Shown: positions 47,528 to 59,400, numbered from the stretch's first letter. The stretch: 64,000 nucleotides of DNA from Candidatus Bathyarchaeia archaeon (GCA_049512935.1 JBEKWR010000011.1:17406-81405); one strand, 5' to 3'. Program-made: numbers and translations. Notes: generated from the sequence alone by a model not told the origin.

Positions 47528-48031
47528 TTGGGCAGCACCTCCGATGCAGAGAAGTTCGGCAAAGGCTTGGATTCAGCTAAAAACTACAGTGAAGTCTGGA
47601 AAATAGTTAAGGACACGGTGCAGTTTTCTTCAGGCAAAAAAAGGGAGAGCATGATGCTGTTCTTGGACGATTTGCCCTTGCAACTGGGTGCGTATTACCC
47701 TGTTGGAACCAACAACATCGTGCTTAACCGCTCGCTAGTCGAGATTGTTGAGGCATCCGTAAGCTCCAAGCCGACGGTTAACGCGTTGGTCTACAACCTT
47801 CTGCTGCATGAGTACTTGCATGCGCTCGGTGAACTCTCAGAAGTTGAGGTTAGACGCATGGTTTTTGAAGTTGCAAGGAAATGCTTCGGCGAGCAGCACA
47901 TCGCAACGGAGATTGCACGCAAAAGCCCATGGATTCTGCTTAAAGACATCCCGCTTGGACCATACGGCGCGCCTAAGCGCGTTATGGAAATCGTAAAAGA
48001 TTTCGAAAAAACAAGCCACTACATCGTGTAA
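47528..48031 (+). CDS. HExxH zincin-like hypothetical protein
   Basis: LLHEYLHALG. Confidence 0.7.
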   Translation: MGSTSDAEKFGKGLDSAKNYSEVWKIVKDTVQFSSGKKRESMMLFLDDLPLQLGAYYPVGTNNIVLNRSLVEIVEASVSSKPTVNALVYNLLLHEYLHALGELSEVEVRRMVFEVARKCFGEQHIATEIARKSPWILLKDIPLGPYGAPKRVMEIVKDFEKTSHYIV

Positions 48032-48037
48032 GGAGAA

Positions 48038-48445
48038 TCAGCTTTCTTTCTCGTTGATTGCCATGATAGAGAATTTTATCTGCTTCACGGGCTTGTTGGC
48101 TTTCAACCCGTCGATTAACCCTCTGAGCCGCTCCGAGGAACCTTTGACAACCATGACTTCAAGGCAGCTTGTCTCGGACAAGTGCGCATGCAGATAAGCG
48201 GTTATCATGTCATCAAACTCGTGCTGCAGCCTGAATAGCTCCTTGTTCTCCTCAGTTTTCTCGTAGAGAACCGTTATCGTGGCGATGACGTTTCCCCTGA
48301 TTTTTCCCAGCTCATTGTACTGGGTAAGGTACATGCGGACTGCCTGGCGCACCACTTCTGAACGGTTTGCGCCCCGATCCTCGCCAAGAATAGTGTCCAA
48401 CTCCTCTAGTAGTTCGTTTGGCAGTGAAAGACTAATAATGCTCAT
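48038..48445 (-). CDS. NikR-family ribbon-helix-helix metal regulator
   Basis: IISLSL, NRSEVVRQAVR, LQHEF, HAH, CLEV. Confidence 0.88.
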   Translation of the reverse strand: MSIISLSLPNELLEELDTILGEDRGANRSEVVRQAVRMYLTQYNELGKIRGNVIATITVLYEKTEENKELFRLQHEFDDMITAYLHAHLSETSCLEVMVVKGSSERLRGLIDGLKANKPVKQIKFSIMAINEKES

Positions 48446-48643
48446 TTAATTCACCTAAGCTTAATTCCTCTCTTTCTATTGGGTTTGCTTGACTTAAATA
48501 TTGCCGTTTTAGTTTTTAAAAATTAGGCGTTTCTAAGGATGGACTTAAACAACCTTTATCTATCAGGCAACTATGATTCCGACAATTAGGGGAATGACAG
48601 CTATCTCTACACTATTAGTAGTATCTATGAAGGAGAGAGAAAA

Positions 48644-51600
48644 GTGAAAAACGCAAAGATTAGAATAATGTTTGTGCTGATAGCCGCAGTCTTTTTAACC
48701 TCTTTTCTGTTTGTCGACTTTGCCCATGATTTAACCCCGTCTGCCAACGCCAACTCCGACCGTTCAGTAACGCTTTATCCCATAGGGTCAAGCAAGGGTC
48801 AATACAGTCAATTTAGCGAAATTCCAAATCAAAATGTCATTTTTGCAGATGAATTTGGAGAGGGCGATTTTTCTGCATATTCAGGTTCAGCTCATGATGG
48901 TGCTTCATCAACGGTAACAGTGCAATCAACAACAGTTTATTCAGGAACATATGCTGCAAAAATTTCAGCAGCTAATAATGGTGGATATGCTTACTTTTAT
49001 AAGACTATCAGTACAAATGATACCCAGCTTAATTTACGATTTTACGTGGATTTTATAACATTACCAGAAACTACATCTGGTAATTCTTGTCCTCTTCTGT
49101 ATATTTCATCAACTTATGGAGGTGGTCAGTATGGAACAAGAATAGATTTGTACTATAATGGCACAAAGGATATTTTCAGATTTTACGATAGTTATGGTGG
49201 AAATTACTATCCAGGCACTACAGCACTCCAAACAGGAACTTGGTACTGTGTAGAGCTTCAAGCTGAACAGTTTGGAACAAACGCACGTCTTTATTTGAAC
49301 GGTAATCAGGAAATACAGGGTCATAATGACCACGGATATGCGTTTAACGCATTTTACTTCGGTCCCGCGATGAAAGGTGGCGGAACAAATACAAACCATG
49401 CTGGACAGCCAGAAACGATGATTATTGCCGATGTAGTTTGCTCTGGAAGCTCTATCGGGCAAGAAAATCGCCCGAACTTGGTTAGTGGTAGCTCAAGTAC
49501 AACAGCCTTACAAATTTCTGCTTATACTTCACAAACTAACCCTGCAACATCGGAACAAGAAACGGAACCATTGCAAGGCGCACAAGTCAGTGGCGTAGGC
49601 TGCTTGGGTCCTATTACTAGTGTGACTGCTTATATGGTTGGTGAAGCGTCGGCAACGAGCAATTGTGCTGCTGAGACCCTGCTTGTTGATACGAGTACCA
49701 ATGCAAACGCCTACGCGGGAGCTATGGGTGCTCAATCAATCACAGGTGGGAGTGGAGACCTTTTAGGAAGTGGGGGTGCATCTTCTACAAGTGGTTTCAG
49801 CGTTTATTCAGACACGTATTCGGTTGACCCTGCAACAGGAAATGCTTGGACATGGGCAGAAATCAATGCGACGCAGGCAGGAGCAAAAGCCACATCCTTA
49901 GGGGCTGGAAACGCGATTCAATTCTCCGAATTTTATGTAACTGTAAGCTACAGCGCTCAAGTTCTCATAACAGTTACGTCTTCAACAACAGGGTCAGGAT
50001 ATATTGCCGTTGACGGAACAAGTTACACGACACCACACACTTTTACTTGGACTATTGGAAACTCTCACGCACTCGCCGCGAATAACCCCGCAAACGCGAT
50101 TTCAGGTCAAAGCCAATACATCTTTAATAGCTGGAGTTCAACAAGCATAGGCACTCCTCAAACAAGTGCAAGCTATAATTATTCAGTTCCCTCTTTCTCA
50201 GAAACAGTAACAGCCTCTTTCACCAAACAATTTTACTTAACCGTCATTGGCGGCAATAATCCAACAGGCAACGGCTGGTACACTTCAGGCACAACAGCAT
50301 CTTTTAGCGTGTCTACTTCTGTTGAAACAAGCGCAACTACGATGGAAGTTTTAAGTGGCTGGACAGGCACAGGAACAGGCGCATACACAGGACCATCAGC
50401 ATCAAACAGCGTTATTATGAACAACCCAATCACTGAAACCGCGACATGGAACAAAGAAACTATCGGAGTTATTGGGTACTCCGATGCTACGTACAAAAGC
50501 GGATACACTTCTAACATGGTAAATTTGGGAGCTCCCGACGTGTACCTTATACCTTTAGTGACCCCAAGCAACATGACGGTAACGAATTTAGCTTGGTACT
50601 CATACGGAAGCTCTGGACTATACGGCGTGGTGATCTATAACAATAGAGGCAATGTTCCTTACCAACTATTATATGATAAAAACGGGTTCTCTTTCTCAAA
50701 ATCAGCATGGAATCAAGCCACTATAAGCTATAATCTTGTTGGCGGAACAAAATATTGGTTTGGCATAATTACAAGCGCTGCAACTTGGGCTGCGGGAACC
50801 GATCAATCAACAACAGGAACTTTGCGTTATTCTGCTAGTTACCCTAACCCGTCTGCAACTTACAGCGGAAGCGGATTTTTCTTTTCTGCTACTATGTCAC
50901 TCTACGTAAATTATACTGCTACTTCACCTAATTTTCCCCCTATCTTTTCAACAGTTGCTTACAACGCTATTATTGCAAATCACACAACAGACTTCTCAAT
51001 TCCTATTTCCGATTGGACTAACATTGAAGGATACATGTTTAGCTCTAACTCCACAGGAACAATGAGGAACTCTACCTTTACATCGATTTCACCATCATTT
51101 TCAGCAACAGCCAATTCTGTAGTCGTTATGCCGAAAGCCGGAAACTCTATCGCTGTCCAGTGGTTTGCCTTAGGAGCAGACGGTTCATGGGGAAGCAGCC
51201 CCACCTATACATTCACAAGTTATCCTACACCAAGCGGATTATACATAATAGGCAATCAGATTTTCGAGCCAAACGGAACCGTCATAACATTAAAAGGCAT
51301 GGACTCTACGTACCTGATGCTAAATGACGGCGAATACGGCTCATGGATGTACCCTAACGGCTCTATCAGTTGGTTAACCTCTAGTTTAGACAAAACGGGG
51401 GTTTCAGACTTTTTGACCTTCTTACAAGCCTCAAACTGTAATTTCATTAGGCTCCCCCTAACAGTCTCATTCTGGCTAGATAATACTGACAACTATCAAA
51501 GCACCATCGAATATTTAATAACCCAAGCAGCCAACCGAGGCATCTGGATAGACATTGTGTTCTACAACAATAATGCCACAGACTCCGAGCCGGTAGGAGT

Positions 51601-52369
51601 ATTACCTTGGAATGATGTTGGCAATAACGTTTTAAATAGCAGTGCTGACTTCGTAAATCTCTGGGCAAACGTTGCTACAACGTTAAAAAATTACCCCACG
51701 GCTCTATTTGAACTTTGGAACGAACCTCAAGGCTCAAGCGCAGACGAAACTACATGGTTTACCGTCGCGCAACAGTGTATAAACACAATAAGAACTTCTG
51801 GCGCTTTACAACCTATCCTGCTGCAATGGGATACCCAGTTAAGTTACGACTTTAACCCTAATGGAGGTGGAGTTCGATGCGGTATGTCATGGGTTTTCAC
51901 TTATCCCCTATCAGACCCAGTTGGCAACCTGATTTATTGCGCCCATATTTACTCGGGAGCAAATAACGGTTTCTACAATTCGAATGGCTATACAATGGTC
52001 TCTGATTACTCAGATATTCAATACGCATTGACGCAGGAACAAGTCTTCGCGGTAGCGGCCATCCATCCTGTTTTCATAGGCGAAATAGGCGATAACATTT
52101 TAGATACCGGAACTACAACGGGAGTCGTTTATGTTAATGGGGTCGCCGACAACAATGAACAAGACGTTTTTTTTAATAACACACTTACGATTCTTGACCA
52201 AACGCAAGGAGTGATTGGATATGCTGGGTGGGCAGCGCCACCGTGGAGAACCGGTGTAGGCGAATATTACGGTTTCGTTGTTGGTGGAGCAGCAAACTAC
52301 GAACTTGACAACTCGGGGTTGATTTTTATTGCTCATACAGGCGGAATGAGCTATTCAGAATACACGTGA
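48644..52369 (+). CDS. Large secreted multidomain protein with C-terminal GH5-like glycoside hydrolase
   Basis: Signal peptide; beta-sandwich and Ser/Thr-rich repeats; IRLPL, FELWNEP, HIY, FIGEIG. Confidence 0.8.
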   Translation: MKNAKIRIMFVLIAAVFLTSFLFVDFAHDLTPSANANSDRSVTLYPIGSSKGQYSQFSEIPNQNVIFADEFGEGDFSAYSGSAHDGASSTVTVQSTTVYSGTYAAKISAANNGGYAYFYKTISTNDTQLNLRFYVDFITLPETTSGNSCPLLYISSTYGGGQYGTRIDLYYNGTKDIFRFYDSYGGNYYPGTTALQTGTWYCVELQAEQFGTNARLYLNGNQEIQGHNDHGYAFNAFYFGPAMKGGGTNTNHAGQPETMIIADVVCSGSSIGQENRPNLVSGSSSTTALQISAYTSQTNPATSEQETEPLQGAQVSGVGCLGPITSVTAYMVGEASATSNCAAETLLVDTSTNANAYAGAMGAQSITGGSGDLLGSGGASSTSGFSVYSDTYSVDPATGNAWTWAEINATQAGAKATSLGAGNAIQFSEFYVTVSYSAQVLITVTSSTTGSGYIAVDGTSYTTPHTFTWTIGNSHALAANNPANAISGQSQYIFNSWSSTSIGTPQTSASYNYSVPSFSETVTASFTKQFYLTVIGGNNPTGNGWYTSGTTASFSVSTSVETSATTMEVLSGWTGTGTGAYTGPSASNSVIMNNPITETATWNKETIGVIGYSDATYKSGYTSNMVNLGAPDVYLIPLVTPSNMTVTNLAWYSYGSSGLYGVVIYNNRGNVPYQLLYDKNGFSFSKSAWNQATISYNLVGGTKYWFGIITSAATWAAGTDQSTTGTLRYSASYPNPSATYSGSGFFFSATMSLYVNYTATSPNFPPIFSTVAYNAIIANHTTDFSIPISDWTNIEGYMFSSNSTGTMRNSTFTSISPSFSATANSVVVMPKAGNSIAVQWFALGADGSWGSSPTYTFTSYPTPSGLYIIGNQIFEPNGTVITLKGMDSTYLMLNDGEYGSWMYPNGSISWLTSSLDKTGVSDFLTFLQASNCNFIRLPLTVSFWLDNTDNYQSTIEYLITQAANRGIWIDIVFYNNNATDSEPVGVLPWNDVGNNVLNSSADFVNLWANVATTLKNYPTALFELWNEPQGSSADETTWFTVAQQCINTIRTSGALQPILLQWDTQLSYDFNPNGGGVRCGMSWVFTYPLSDPVGNLIYCAHIYSGANNGFYNSNGYTMVSDYSDIQYALTQEQVFAVAAIHPVFIGEIGDNILDTGTTTGVVYVNGVADNNEQDVFFNNTLTILDQTQGVIGYAGWAAPPWRTGVGEYYGFVVGGAANYELDNSGLIFIAHTGGMSYSEYT

Positions 52370-52406
52370 TCGTTGGTCTGCTTTATTAAAAAAAGCCGAT
52401 TTTTTA

Positions 52407-52436
52407 TTTATTAAAAAAAACGCAAAACTTAATAAA
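52407..52436. promoter_or_regulatory. Inverted repeat TTTATTAA-N14-TTAATAAA upstream of the metal ABC operon
   Basis: Perfect 8-bp arms ending 32 nt before the start codon. Confidence 0.45.
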
Positions 52437-52468
52437 GTCTTCTGATAATTTCAAATATTGAGAAATGT

Positions 52469-53401
52469 ATGAAAAAAACGTCCTACATAATAGCCGCAGT
52501 TTTAATCGCTGTAATCGTATTAGCAGCCTTCATAGGCACATATCTGTCGAGCCACCCTACCGCAAACTCAAATCCAACATCAAACGTGGTACAAGTGGTT
52601 GCGGCAGAAAATTTCTGGGGCAGTCTGATAGCCCAGCTTGGCGGAACCCGTGTCCATGTGTTTAGCATCGTTACCGACCCCAATGCTGATCCTCACGAAT
52701 ACGAAAGCAGCAGCGCTGATGCCATAGCAATTGCAAATGCCCGTTTAGTAATCGTTAACGGGGCAGGATATGACACTTGGGCTCAACAGCTCATAGCCGC
52801 AAGTAATACTCCGAATCAAGTGGTCTTGAACGTTCAAGAACTCATCAACCAGCCAATCGGTGCCAACCCTCATTTTTGGTATAGTCCTTATTACGTGAAT
52901 GATACAGTGAATGCGATGTACAAAGACCTCGTTTCCATCGATCCGACCGACACTGCATATTATACACAGCAGTATGCTGCACTGAACACATCGCTGGCAG
53001 TATACAACGGAGTCATCGACCAGATAAAACAACAGTTTGGAGGCACGAAAGTGGCATCTACAGAGAGCATCTTCGTTTATCTGGCGAACGCCGCAGGTCT
53101 CGACCTTGTCTCTCCTTCCGCGTTTATGCAAGCGGTCTCCGAAGGAAATGATCCGCCTGCACAGAGTATCGTGCAGTTCGACCAGCTTATCCAGAGTGGA
53201 ACGGTTAAAGTGCTGGTTTACAACTCACAAACGGTGACGCCTGAAACTCAAACCATCGAATCTATGGCTACTCAATATCATATTCCTATTGTTGCGATAA
53301 CGGAGACGGTTCAGCCGCCGACTGCCCTGTTCCAAGACTGGATGAATTCAGAGTTAATCGCTTTACAAAACGCACTAAATCAAACAGCTTCTGGGAAATA
53401 A
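52469..53401 (+). CDS. Zn/Mn ABC transporter substrate-binding protein
   Basis: DPHEYE, NPHFWY. Confidence 0.9.
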   Translation: MKKTSYIIAAVLIAVIVLAAFIGTYLSSHPTANSNPTSNVVQVVAAENFWGSLIAQLGGTRVHVFSIVTDPNADPHEYESSSADAIAIANARLVIVNGAGYDTWAQQLIAASNTPNQVVLNVQELINQPIGANPHFWYSPYYVNDTVNAMYKDLVSIDPTDTAYYTQQYAALNTSLAVYNGVIDQIKQQFGGTKVASTESIFVYLANAAGLDLVSPSAFMQAVSEGNDPPAQSIVQFDQLIQSGTVKVLVYNSQTVTPETQTIESMATQYHIPIVAITETVQPPTALFQDWMNSELIALQNALNQTASGK

Positions 53402-53404
53402 TGT

Positions 53405-54205
53405 ATGAACACACGATACGAGATCATCTCTTCTGAGAATTTGGTGGCAGGCTACCCAGACAACATAGTTTGGCAAAACGCCAATCTAACCATCAATCGT
53501 GGCGAGTTTGTAGCGGTTATCGGCCCTAACGGCGCAGGTAAGACGACTCTGTTCCGTTTGCTCCTCGGGTTACAGCAACCACTCAGCGGCACAATCAAGA
53601 TATTTGGCGAAGCGCCCAAGCGGGGCAATCCGCAGATTGGTTACGTGCCTCAACGTCACATGTTCGACGATGAAACTAATGTTGAATCTTTTGAACTTGT
53701 GCGACTGGGGTTCTCTGGAAAGCAGTGGGGTACTGGTCGTTTTTGGAGAAAAGACGACTACAAAGCAGCTCTCAACGCGATGGAAGCCGTTGGAGCCAAG
53801 GATTTGGCTCATCGTTCTCTTGGCGTGTTGTCAGGCGGAGAACTGCAAAGAATATTTCTTGCCGAGGCACTGGTAAGCAACCCCTCTGTCCTGCTGCTTG
53901 ATGAGCCGTTATCGAATCTTGACATGAGACGTGAGAAAGAGTTGCTGCAGCTTATACATAGTGTAGTTCAATCTCGCAATGTGACTGCGTTGCTGATTGC
54001 CCATAACATCAACCCTCTTTTGCCGTATCTTGATAAGGTGGTCTACATCGCCAACGGCAAGGTGGCGACTGGAGCACCGCAAGAGGTCCTCACATCAGAA
54101 TGTCTCTCAGCTTTGTTCGGAGTTCAGGTCGAGGTCCTCCGAGACTCTAGGGGCAACATAGCAATTGTAGGCATTGAAGATAGCCACAGGTGTCAACCAG
54201 AATGA
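53405..54205 (+). CDS. Zn/Mn ABC transporter ATPase
   Basis: GPNGAGKT, LSGGE, LLLDEP. Confidence 0.92.
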   Translation: MNTRYEIISSENLVAGYPDNIVWQNANLTINRGEFVAVIGPNGAGKTTLFRLLLGLQQPLSGTIKIFGEAPKRGNPQIGYVPQRHMFDDETNVESFELVRLGFSGKQWGTGRFWRKDDYKAALNAMEAVGAKDLAHRSLGVLSGGELQRIFLAEALVSNPSVLLLDEPLSNLDMRREKELLQLIHSVVQSRNVTALLIAHNINPLLPYLDKVVYIANGKVATGAPQEVLTSECLSALFGVQVEVLRDSRGNIAIVGIEDSHRCQPE

Positions 54206-55128
54206 CCTCGATTTCAACCTCTACGTCAGTTCCTACTTTCAGCATTAATCCATGGGTCGACCTGCAACAGATTTTTCGCTATCCGTTCATGCAGCATGCC
54301 TTCGAGGCAGGAACAATAGTTGCAATCGTCGCGGGCATTGTTGGCTACTTCGTCGTGTTGCGCCGCTCCTCATTCGCAGCACATGCGCTCTCCCACATTG
54401 GTTTTTCTGGGGCAGCAGCGGCAGTATTAATCGGAGTTAACCCAGTTTACGGTCTTCTCGCGTTCACAAGTTTAGGCGGACTCGGAATAGCCGCGCTTGG
54501 TCGGCGTGCTGCCCAGCGTGACGTCCAGATCGGAACAGTTCTTGCATTCATGCTTGGTCTGGGCGTGTTGTTCCTCAGCCTCTACAAGGGTTACGCACAG
54601 CAAGCGTACTCCATTTTGTTTGGAGAAGTACTGGGAGTCAGTCCCAGCGCTGTTCTTTTGACCCTCGTTGCCGGCGTGATAATCCTGGTTTTAATTGCGG
54701 CGGTATATCGACCACTCTTGTTTGCATCGCTTGATGAAGATGTGGCGGAAGCAAAGGGAATGCCCGTGCTTTTGCTCGGAGTAATTTTCATGCTCCTAGT
54801 AGCGGTGGCAACGTCATTTGCGGTTCAGGTTGTTGGTGTTCTGCTCATTTTCGCATTGATGGTAACCCCTTCCGCAACCGCTCAAATGTTGGCAAAACGA
54901 CCACGGCAGGTCATAATTATTTCTATAGCCATTGCTCTGCTAGCAACATGGCTTGGACTTTTTATCGGCTTTTATACAATCTACCCTGTTAGCTTTTTCA
55001 TATGCGCTATAGTGTTCGTTTTGTACCTGCTTGTCCGATTCGTTTACCCCAAAATTAAGCCCTTAAAAACCGCCCAGATCGATAAACCCCAGATTGAGGC
55101 TAACAGCCAACTGGTCAAATCCGAATAG
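54190..55128 (+). CDS. Zn/Mn ABC transporter permease
   Basis: ALSHIGFSG, ILFG, VVGVLLI. Confidence 0.9.
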   Translation: MSTRMTSISTSTSVPTFSINPWVDLQQIFRYPFMQHAFEAGTIVAIVAGIVGYFVVLRRSSFAAHALSHIGFSGAAAAVLIGVNPVYGLLAFTSLGGLGIAALGRRAAQRDVQIGTVLAFMLGLGVLFLSLYKGYAQQAYSILFGEVLGVSPSAVLLTLVAGVIILVLIAAVYRPLLFASLDEDVAEAKGMPVLLLGVIFMLLVAVATSFAVQVVGVLLIFALMVTPSATAQMLAKRPRQVIIISIAIALLATWLGLFIGFYTIYPVSFFICAIVFVLYLLVRFVYPKIKPLKTAQIDKPQIEANSQLVKSE

Positions 55129-55174
55129 AAAATCCCGTAAAAACTCAAGCTGGAAAACAAAAAAAGGAATGGGT

Positions 55175-55747
55175 TTAGTAGTTTTCAACCCAAACTTCGA
55201 AATACGCTTTCGGATGCGCGCACACAGGACATTTTTCTGGCGCGTTTTTGCCTTCGAAGACGTAGCCGCAGTTTCTGCATTTCCATTTGATCGGCTGATC
55301 CTTGCCGAATACTTTGCCCTGCTGGAGGCTTTCAAGCAGCTTATTGTATCTTCGTTCATGGTAAGCTTCGACTTTTGCAATCATACGGAAGGTTGTGCTA
55401 ACGTCTTTGAAGCCTTCTTTTTCAGCGACTTCGGCGAAATCGGGGTAAAGTTTGCCCCACTCGAGTTTTTCGCCTTCTGCAGCAGCCTTAAGGTTATCAG
55501 CGGTTGAGCCGATGACGCCTGCCGGGTAGGCGGCTGTGATTTCAACCATTCCGCCCTTGAGATGCTTGAAGAACAGCTCCGCGTGTTCCTTCTCGTTGGC
55601 TAATGTCTCCTCGAAGATGGCGCCGATCTGCTCGTACCCTTCTTTTCGGGCTACGCTGGCGAAGAACGTGTATCTGTTTCTTGCTTGGGACTCGCCTGCG
55701 AACGCTGCTAAGAGGTTTTTTTCTGTTTGGCTACCAACAAAATCCAT
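55175..55747 (-). CDS. rbr: Rubrerythrin
   Basis: AFAGESQARNRY, EKEHA, WKCRNCG...CPVC. Confidence 0.95.
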   Translation of the reverse strand: MDFVGSQTEKNLLAAFAGESQARNRYTFFASVARKEGYEQIGAIFEETLANEKEHAELFFKHLKGGMVEITAAYPAGVIGSTADNLKAAAEGEKLEWGKLYPDFAEVAEKEGFKDVSTTFRMIAKVEAYHERRYNKLLESLQQGKVFGKDQPIKWKCRNCGYVFEGKNAPEKCPVCAHPKAYFEVWVENY

Positions 55748-56064
55748 GATTCTTGACTCCTACCAGATATGGTTTGAAACGGAAAATAAAAGCGTTGCCC
55801 GTGCGGTCATCGACTAAGTTATTTATCGTTAAAGAACGAGCAATTTATCGTGTTTTTTTAGTCTTGGCTTGTTTGCGTGCATGCTCGTAAGATTAGCCTG
55901 CAGGAGGATAAAGCATACAACAGTTCGGCGGAACATACCCCAAGTGCCGATGCCTCACGCCCCGTATTCCCTCTTTTTCTTTTGGTTGAATACGAGCCAG
56001 GTTTTCAAGATAGTTTGAGCTCTCGCTTAGAAAATGTGGAGTCTTGATTGGTTCCACAATTGAA

Positions 56065-56298
56065 CTAACTAACGTTTCTCCTTATTGCTGCGGGCTGTTT
56101 TCCCATTTTTTTCTTGAAAGCCGTAAATGCTGCAACCGCCACGAAACAAACAGACAACGCCAGAAGGACACCTAGTGGAGATTCAGGCATAACGAAAACT
56201 GGCGAACCCAACGCAATCGGAGTCCCAGTCAAAAATTCAATCGGAATACGTGCGCGCTGGGAAGTGGCGTCATCGAAACGATTTGCCACCGTGTTCAT
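56065..56298 (-). pseudogene. Orphan C-terminal sorting fragment (PEF-CTERM-like)
   Basis: IPIEFLTGTPIALG...VMPES-TM-KKK, homologous to IPVSALTGTPIAVG of the upstream giant protein. Confidence 0.6.
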
Positions 56299-56407
56299 CT
56301 TGTCCCGCTAGGACTCTACTTTCTAAGCTTGGGCGTACTCATTTGATACGAGACCCTTATTGAAATAAGCTTTTAATTTAGGGACAAACCAGCGCTCGTG
56401 ACGCGAT

Positions 56408-59400
56408 CTACTTTGCCTTTCGTTTCTTCATGTAGACAAAGAGCATACACAAGATTATTACAACCGCAACTATCATTACAATTATTATCGACAAGGAAGT
56501 GGCACTTAACGTTAACTCCGTGGTGCTTGACTTCAGGGTGCCCACAGCGATGGGGGTTCCAGTTAAAGCTGAAACTGGAATAGTTCCCGTGATGGTGTCT
56601 CCTAAAGAAGTAATGTCGCTTGCCAATACCCATTGTGCTCCGTTCCAGTATAGCATTAGCATCTGATTAGAAATGCCAGTGAATGTAATTGTTGCCATCC
56701 CGTCAGAAATTCCTTGAACTCTTACATCATAGTAAACCGCGTAACCCAAGCTAACAGCACCCACGCCCGGATTCGCAGAACCATAGTCGGTAGAAGTAAT
56801 TGAAACTGGGGTGCCGTCTGAGGCAGAGGATCCGCTGATGCTTACGCTTACCCCCGTTGTTGCCGTCTGATCCACTGTGGCAGCTCCCTCCGAAGTACTT
56901 ACCGTGGTCGACGCGCTTCCAGTCGGAGCGACATTCACCGTAACCGAAACAGCAGAAGAAGTCACCACTCCTCCCGCGCTATCCGTCACCTGAAGCTCAA
57001 AGTTCCAAACGCCCGTAGCCGTAGAACCAGAAGTAATAAAGTTGTAGCTCGCTGAATTCGAGCCCGCATCAACGTATGAGCCGCCAGGAGCCATCTCCAT
57101 CCACTGATAAGTGTACGGGCTAGTGCCAGTCGAGACAGTTGTGGAAGTCAAAACTGAAAACTGCCCCTGATCCACCGCAGCCGGCGCAGCAGTAACAGTC
57201 GGAGCAGCCAAATCAGAATACACCGTAACTGAGACAGCGTTGGATGCTGGAGAAGTTACTGGAGTGGAAGCGCTATCCGTCACCTTGCAGGTAACCGTAT
57301 GCGAACCTGCCGCAGCAGTATAAGAATAGCTTGCACTGTTAGAGCCAACCGCGGAACCATCCAAATACCACTGATAATTAATCGTGCCTGAACCGCCACT
57401 GGGAGTAGCCGTAAACGCCTGGACATGACCAGCAGTCAAAGTAAGCGGGCCAACAGGAGTGATGCTCACACTCGGCGAAGCGTTCACCGTAACCGACGCA
57501 GCAGTGGATTGAACCGAAGTCGCACTTGAATTGTCAGTAACCCCCGCAGTAATAGAGTAAGAACCCGCAGAAGCGGTGGCAAAAGTAAAGGTTGACGCAA
57601 ACTGACCACTCTGAGCAGCCCCATTCACATACCACTGGTAAGTCGTGTAATTTCCTGTCCCGCCACTAGGAGTAGCAATAAGCACTTGAGACTGACCTAT
57701 ATCCAAAGTTGTAGATGCGGGAGAGACAGAAACGGTTGGAGCGACATTCACCGTAACCGCCACTGAGTTTGAAGTGAGCACTGCTGAAGCTGCATCAGTG
57801 ACCTGAAGCTCAAAACTCCATGATCCAGCGGTAGTGGAACCAGAAGTTACGAAAGAATAGCTGGATGAAGTTGCGCCGCTAATCGAGGAGAAAGAACCAG
57901 CACTAGGAGCTTTCTGGAGCCACAGATACTGGTAAGGTGAAGTTCCTGTCGAGACAGCCGTAGAAGTCAAGCTGCTAGTTTGACCCTGATCGACCGCAGT
58001 CTTGGAGGCAGAAGCAGTCGGAGCAGCCAAAGCAGTGTTTACCGTAACCGTCGCAGCCGAAGAAGTCACCGCTGCACCTGTGCTGTCAGTGACCTGGAGC
58101 TCAAAGTTCCAAACGCCCGTAGCCGTAGAACCAGAAGTAACAAAGCTGAAACTCGCTGAACTCGTACCCACAGCCGCATAGCCTCCGCCAGGAGCCTTCT
58201 CCATCCACTGATAAGTGTACGGGCTAGTGCCAGTTGAGACGGCTGTGGAAGTCAAAGCTGAAGTCTGACCCTGATCCGCCGTCGTCGGTGCAGCAGTAAC
58301 AGTCGGAGCAACTAAAGCGGGATACACCGTAACCGAGACAGCGGTGGATGCTGGAGAGGTAACTGGAGGGGAAGCGCTATCCGTCACCTTGCAGGTAACC
58401 GAATGTGAACCCGCCGCAGCAGTATAAGAGTAGCTTGCACTGTTAGAGCCAACTGCAGAACCGTCCAAGAACCATTGATAACTCAATGTTCCCGTACCGC
58501 CACTAGCCGACGCCGTAAACGCCTGAACCTGACCAACATCCAAAGAAAGCGGACCAACAGGAGCAACACTTACAGTCGGCGAAGCATTCACCGTAACCGA
58601 CGAAGCAGAAGACTGAGCTGAAGTCGCGCCTAAACTGTCAGTAACCGTCACAGTAATCAAGTAAGAACCCGCGGAACCAGGAGAATAACTAAACGTTGAC
58701 GCAGTTTTACCATTCTGAGCTGCCCCATTCACATACCACTGGTAACCCGTGTAAGACGCTGAACCGCCGCTGGGAGTAGCCGAGAACAGTTGAGACTGAC
58801 CAACATCCAAAGTAGCAGATCCAGGAGAGGCAGAAACGGTCGGAACAACATTCACCGTAACCGCGACAGAGTTTGAAGTGACCACTGCCGAAGCTGCGTC
58901 AGTTACCTGAAGCTTAAAGCTCCAAACACCCGTAGCCGTAGAAGTCGTAGTGACAAAGTTGAAGCTTGCTGAATTCGAGCCGACATCAACGTATGAGCCA
59001 CCGGGAGCCATTTCCAGCCACTGATACGTGTATGGACCAGTGCCAGTTGAGACGACTGTGGAAGTCAAAGCTGAAGTCTGAGTCTGATCAACAGTAGTCG
59101 GAGTAGCCGTCACAGTCGGAGCAGCCAAAGCAGAATACACCGTAATTGTGACAGCGTTAGATGCAGGAGAAGTAACTGGAGTAGAAGCACTATCAGTCAC
59201 CGTACAAGTAACCGAATGCGAAGTCCCCGCAGCAGTGTAAGAGTAGCTTGCACTGTCAGAGCCAACTGCAGAACCGTCCAGATACCACTGATAACTCAAT
59301 GTCCCCGAACCGCCACTAGCCGACGCCGTAAACGCCTGAACCTGCCCGACATTCAAAGTAAGTGGGCCAACAGGAGTGACACTTACAGTGGGCGAAGCAC

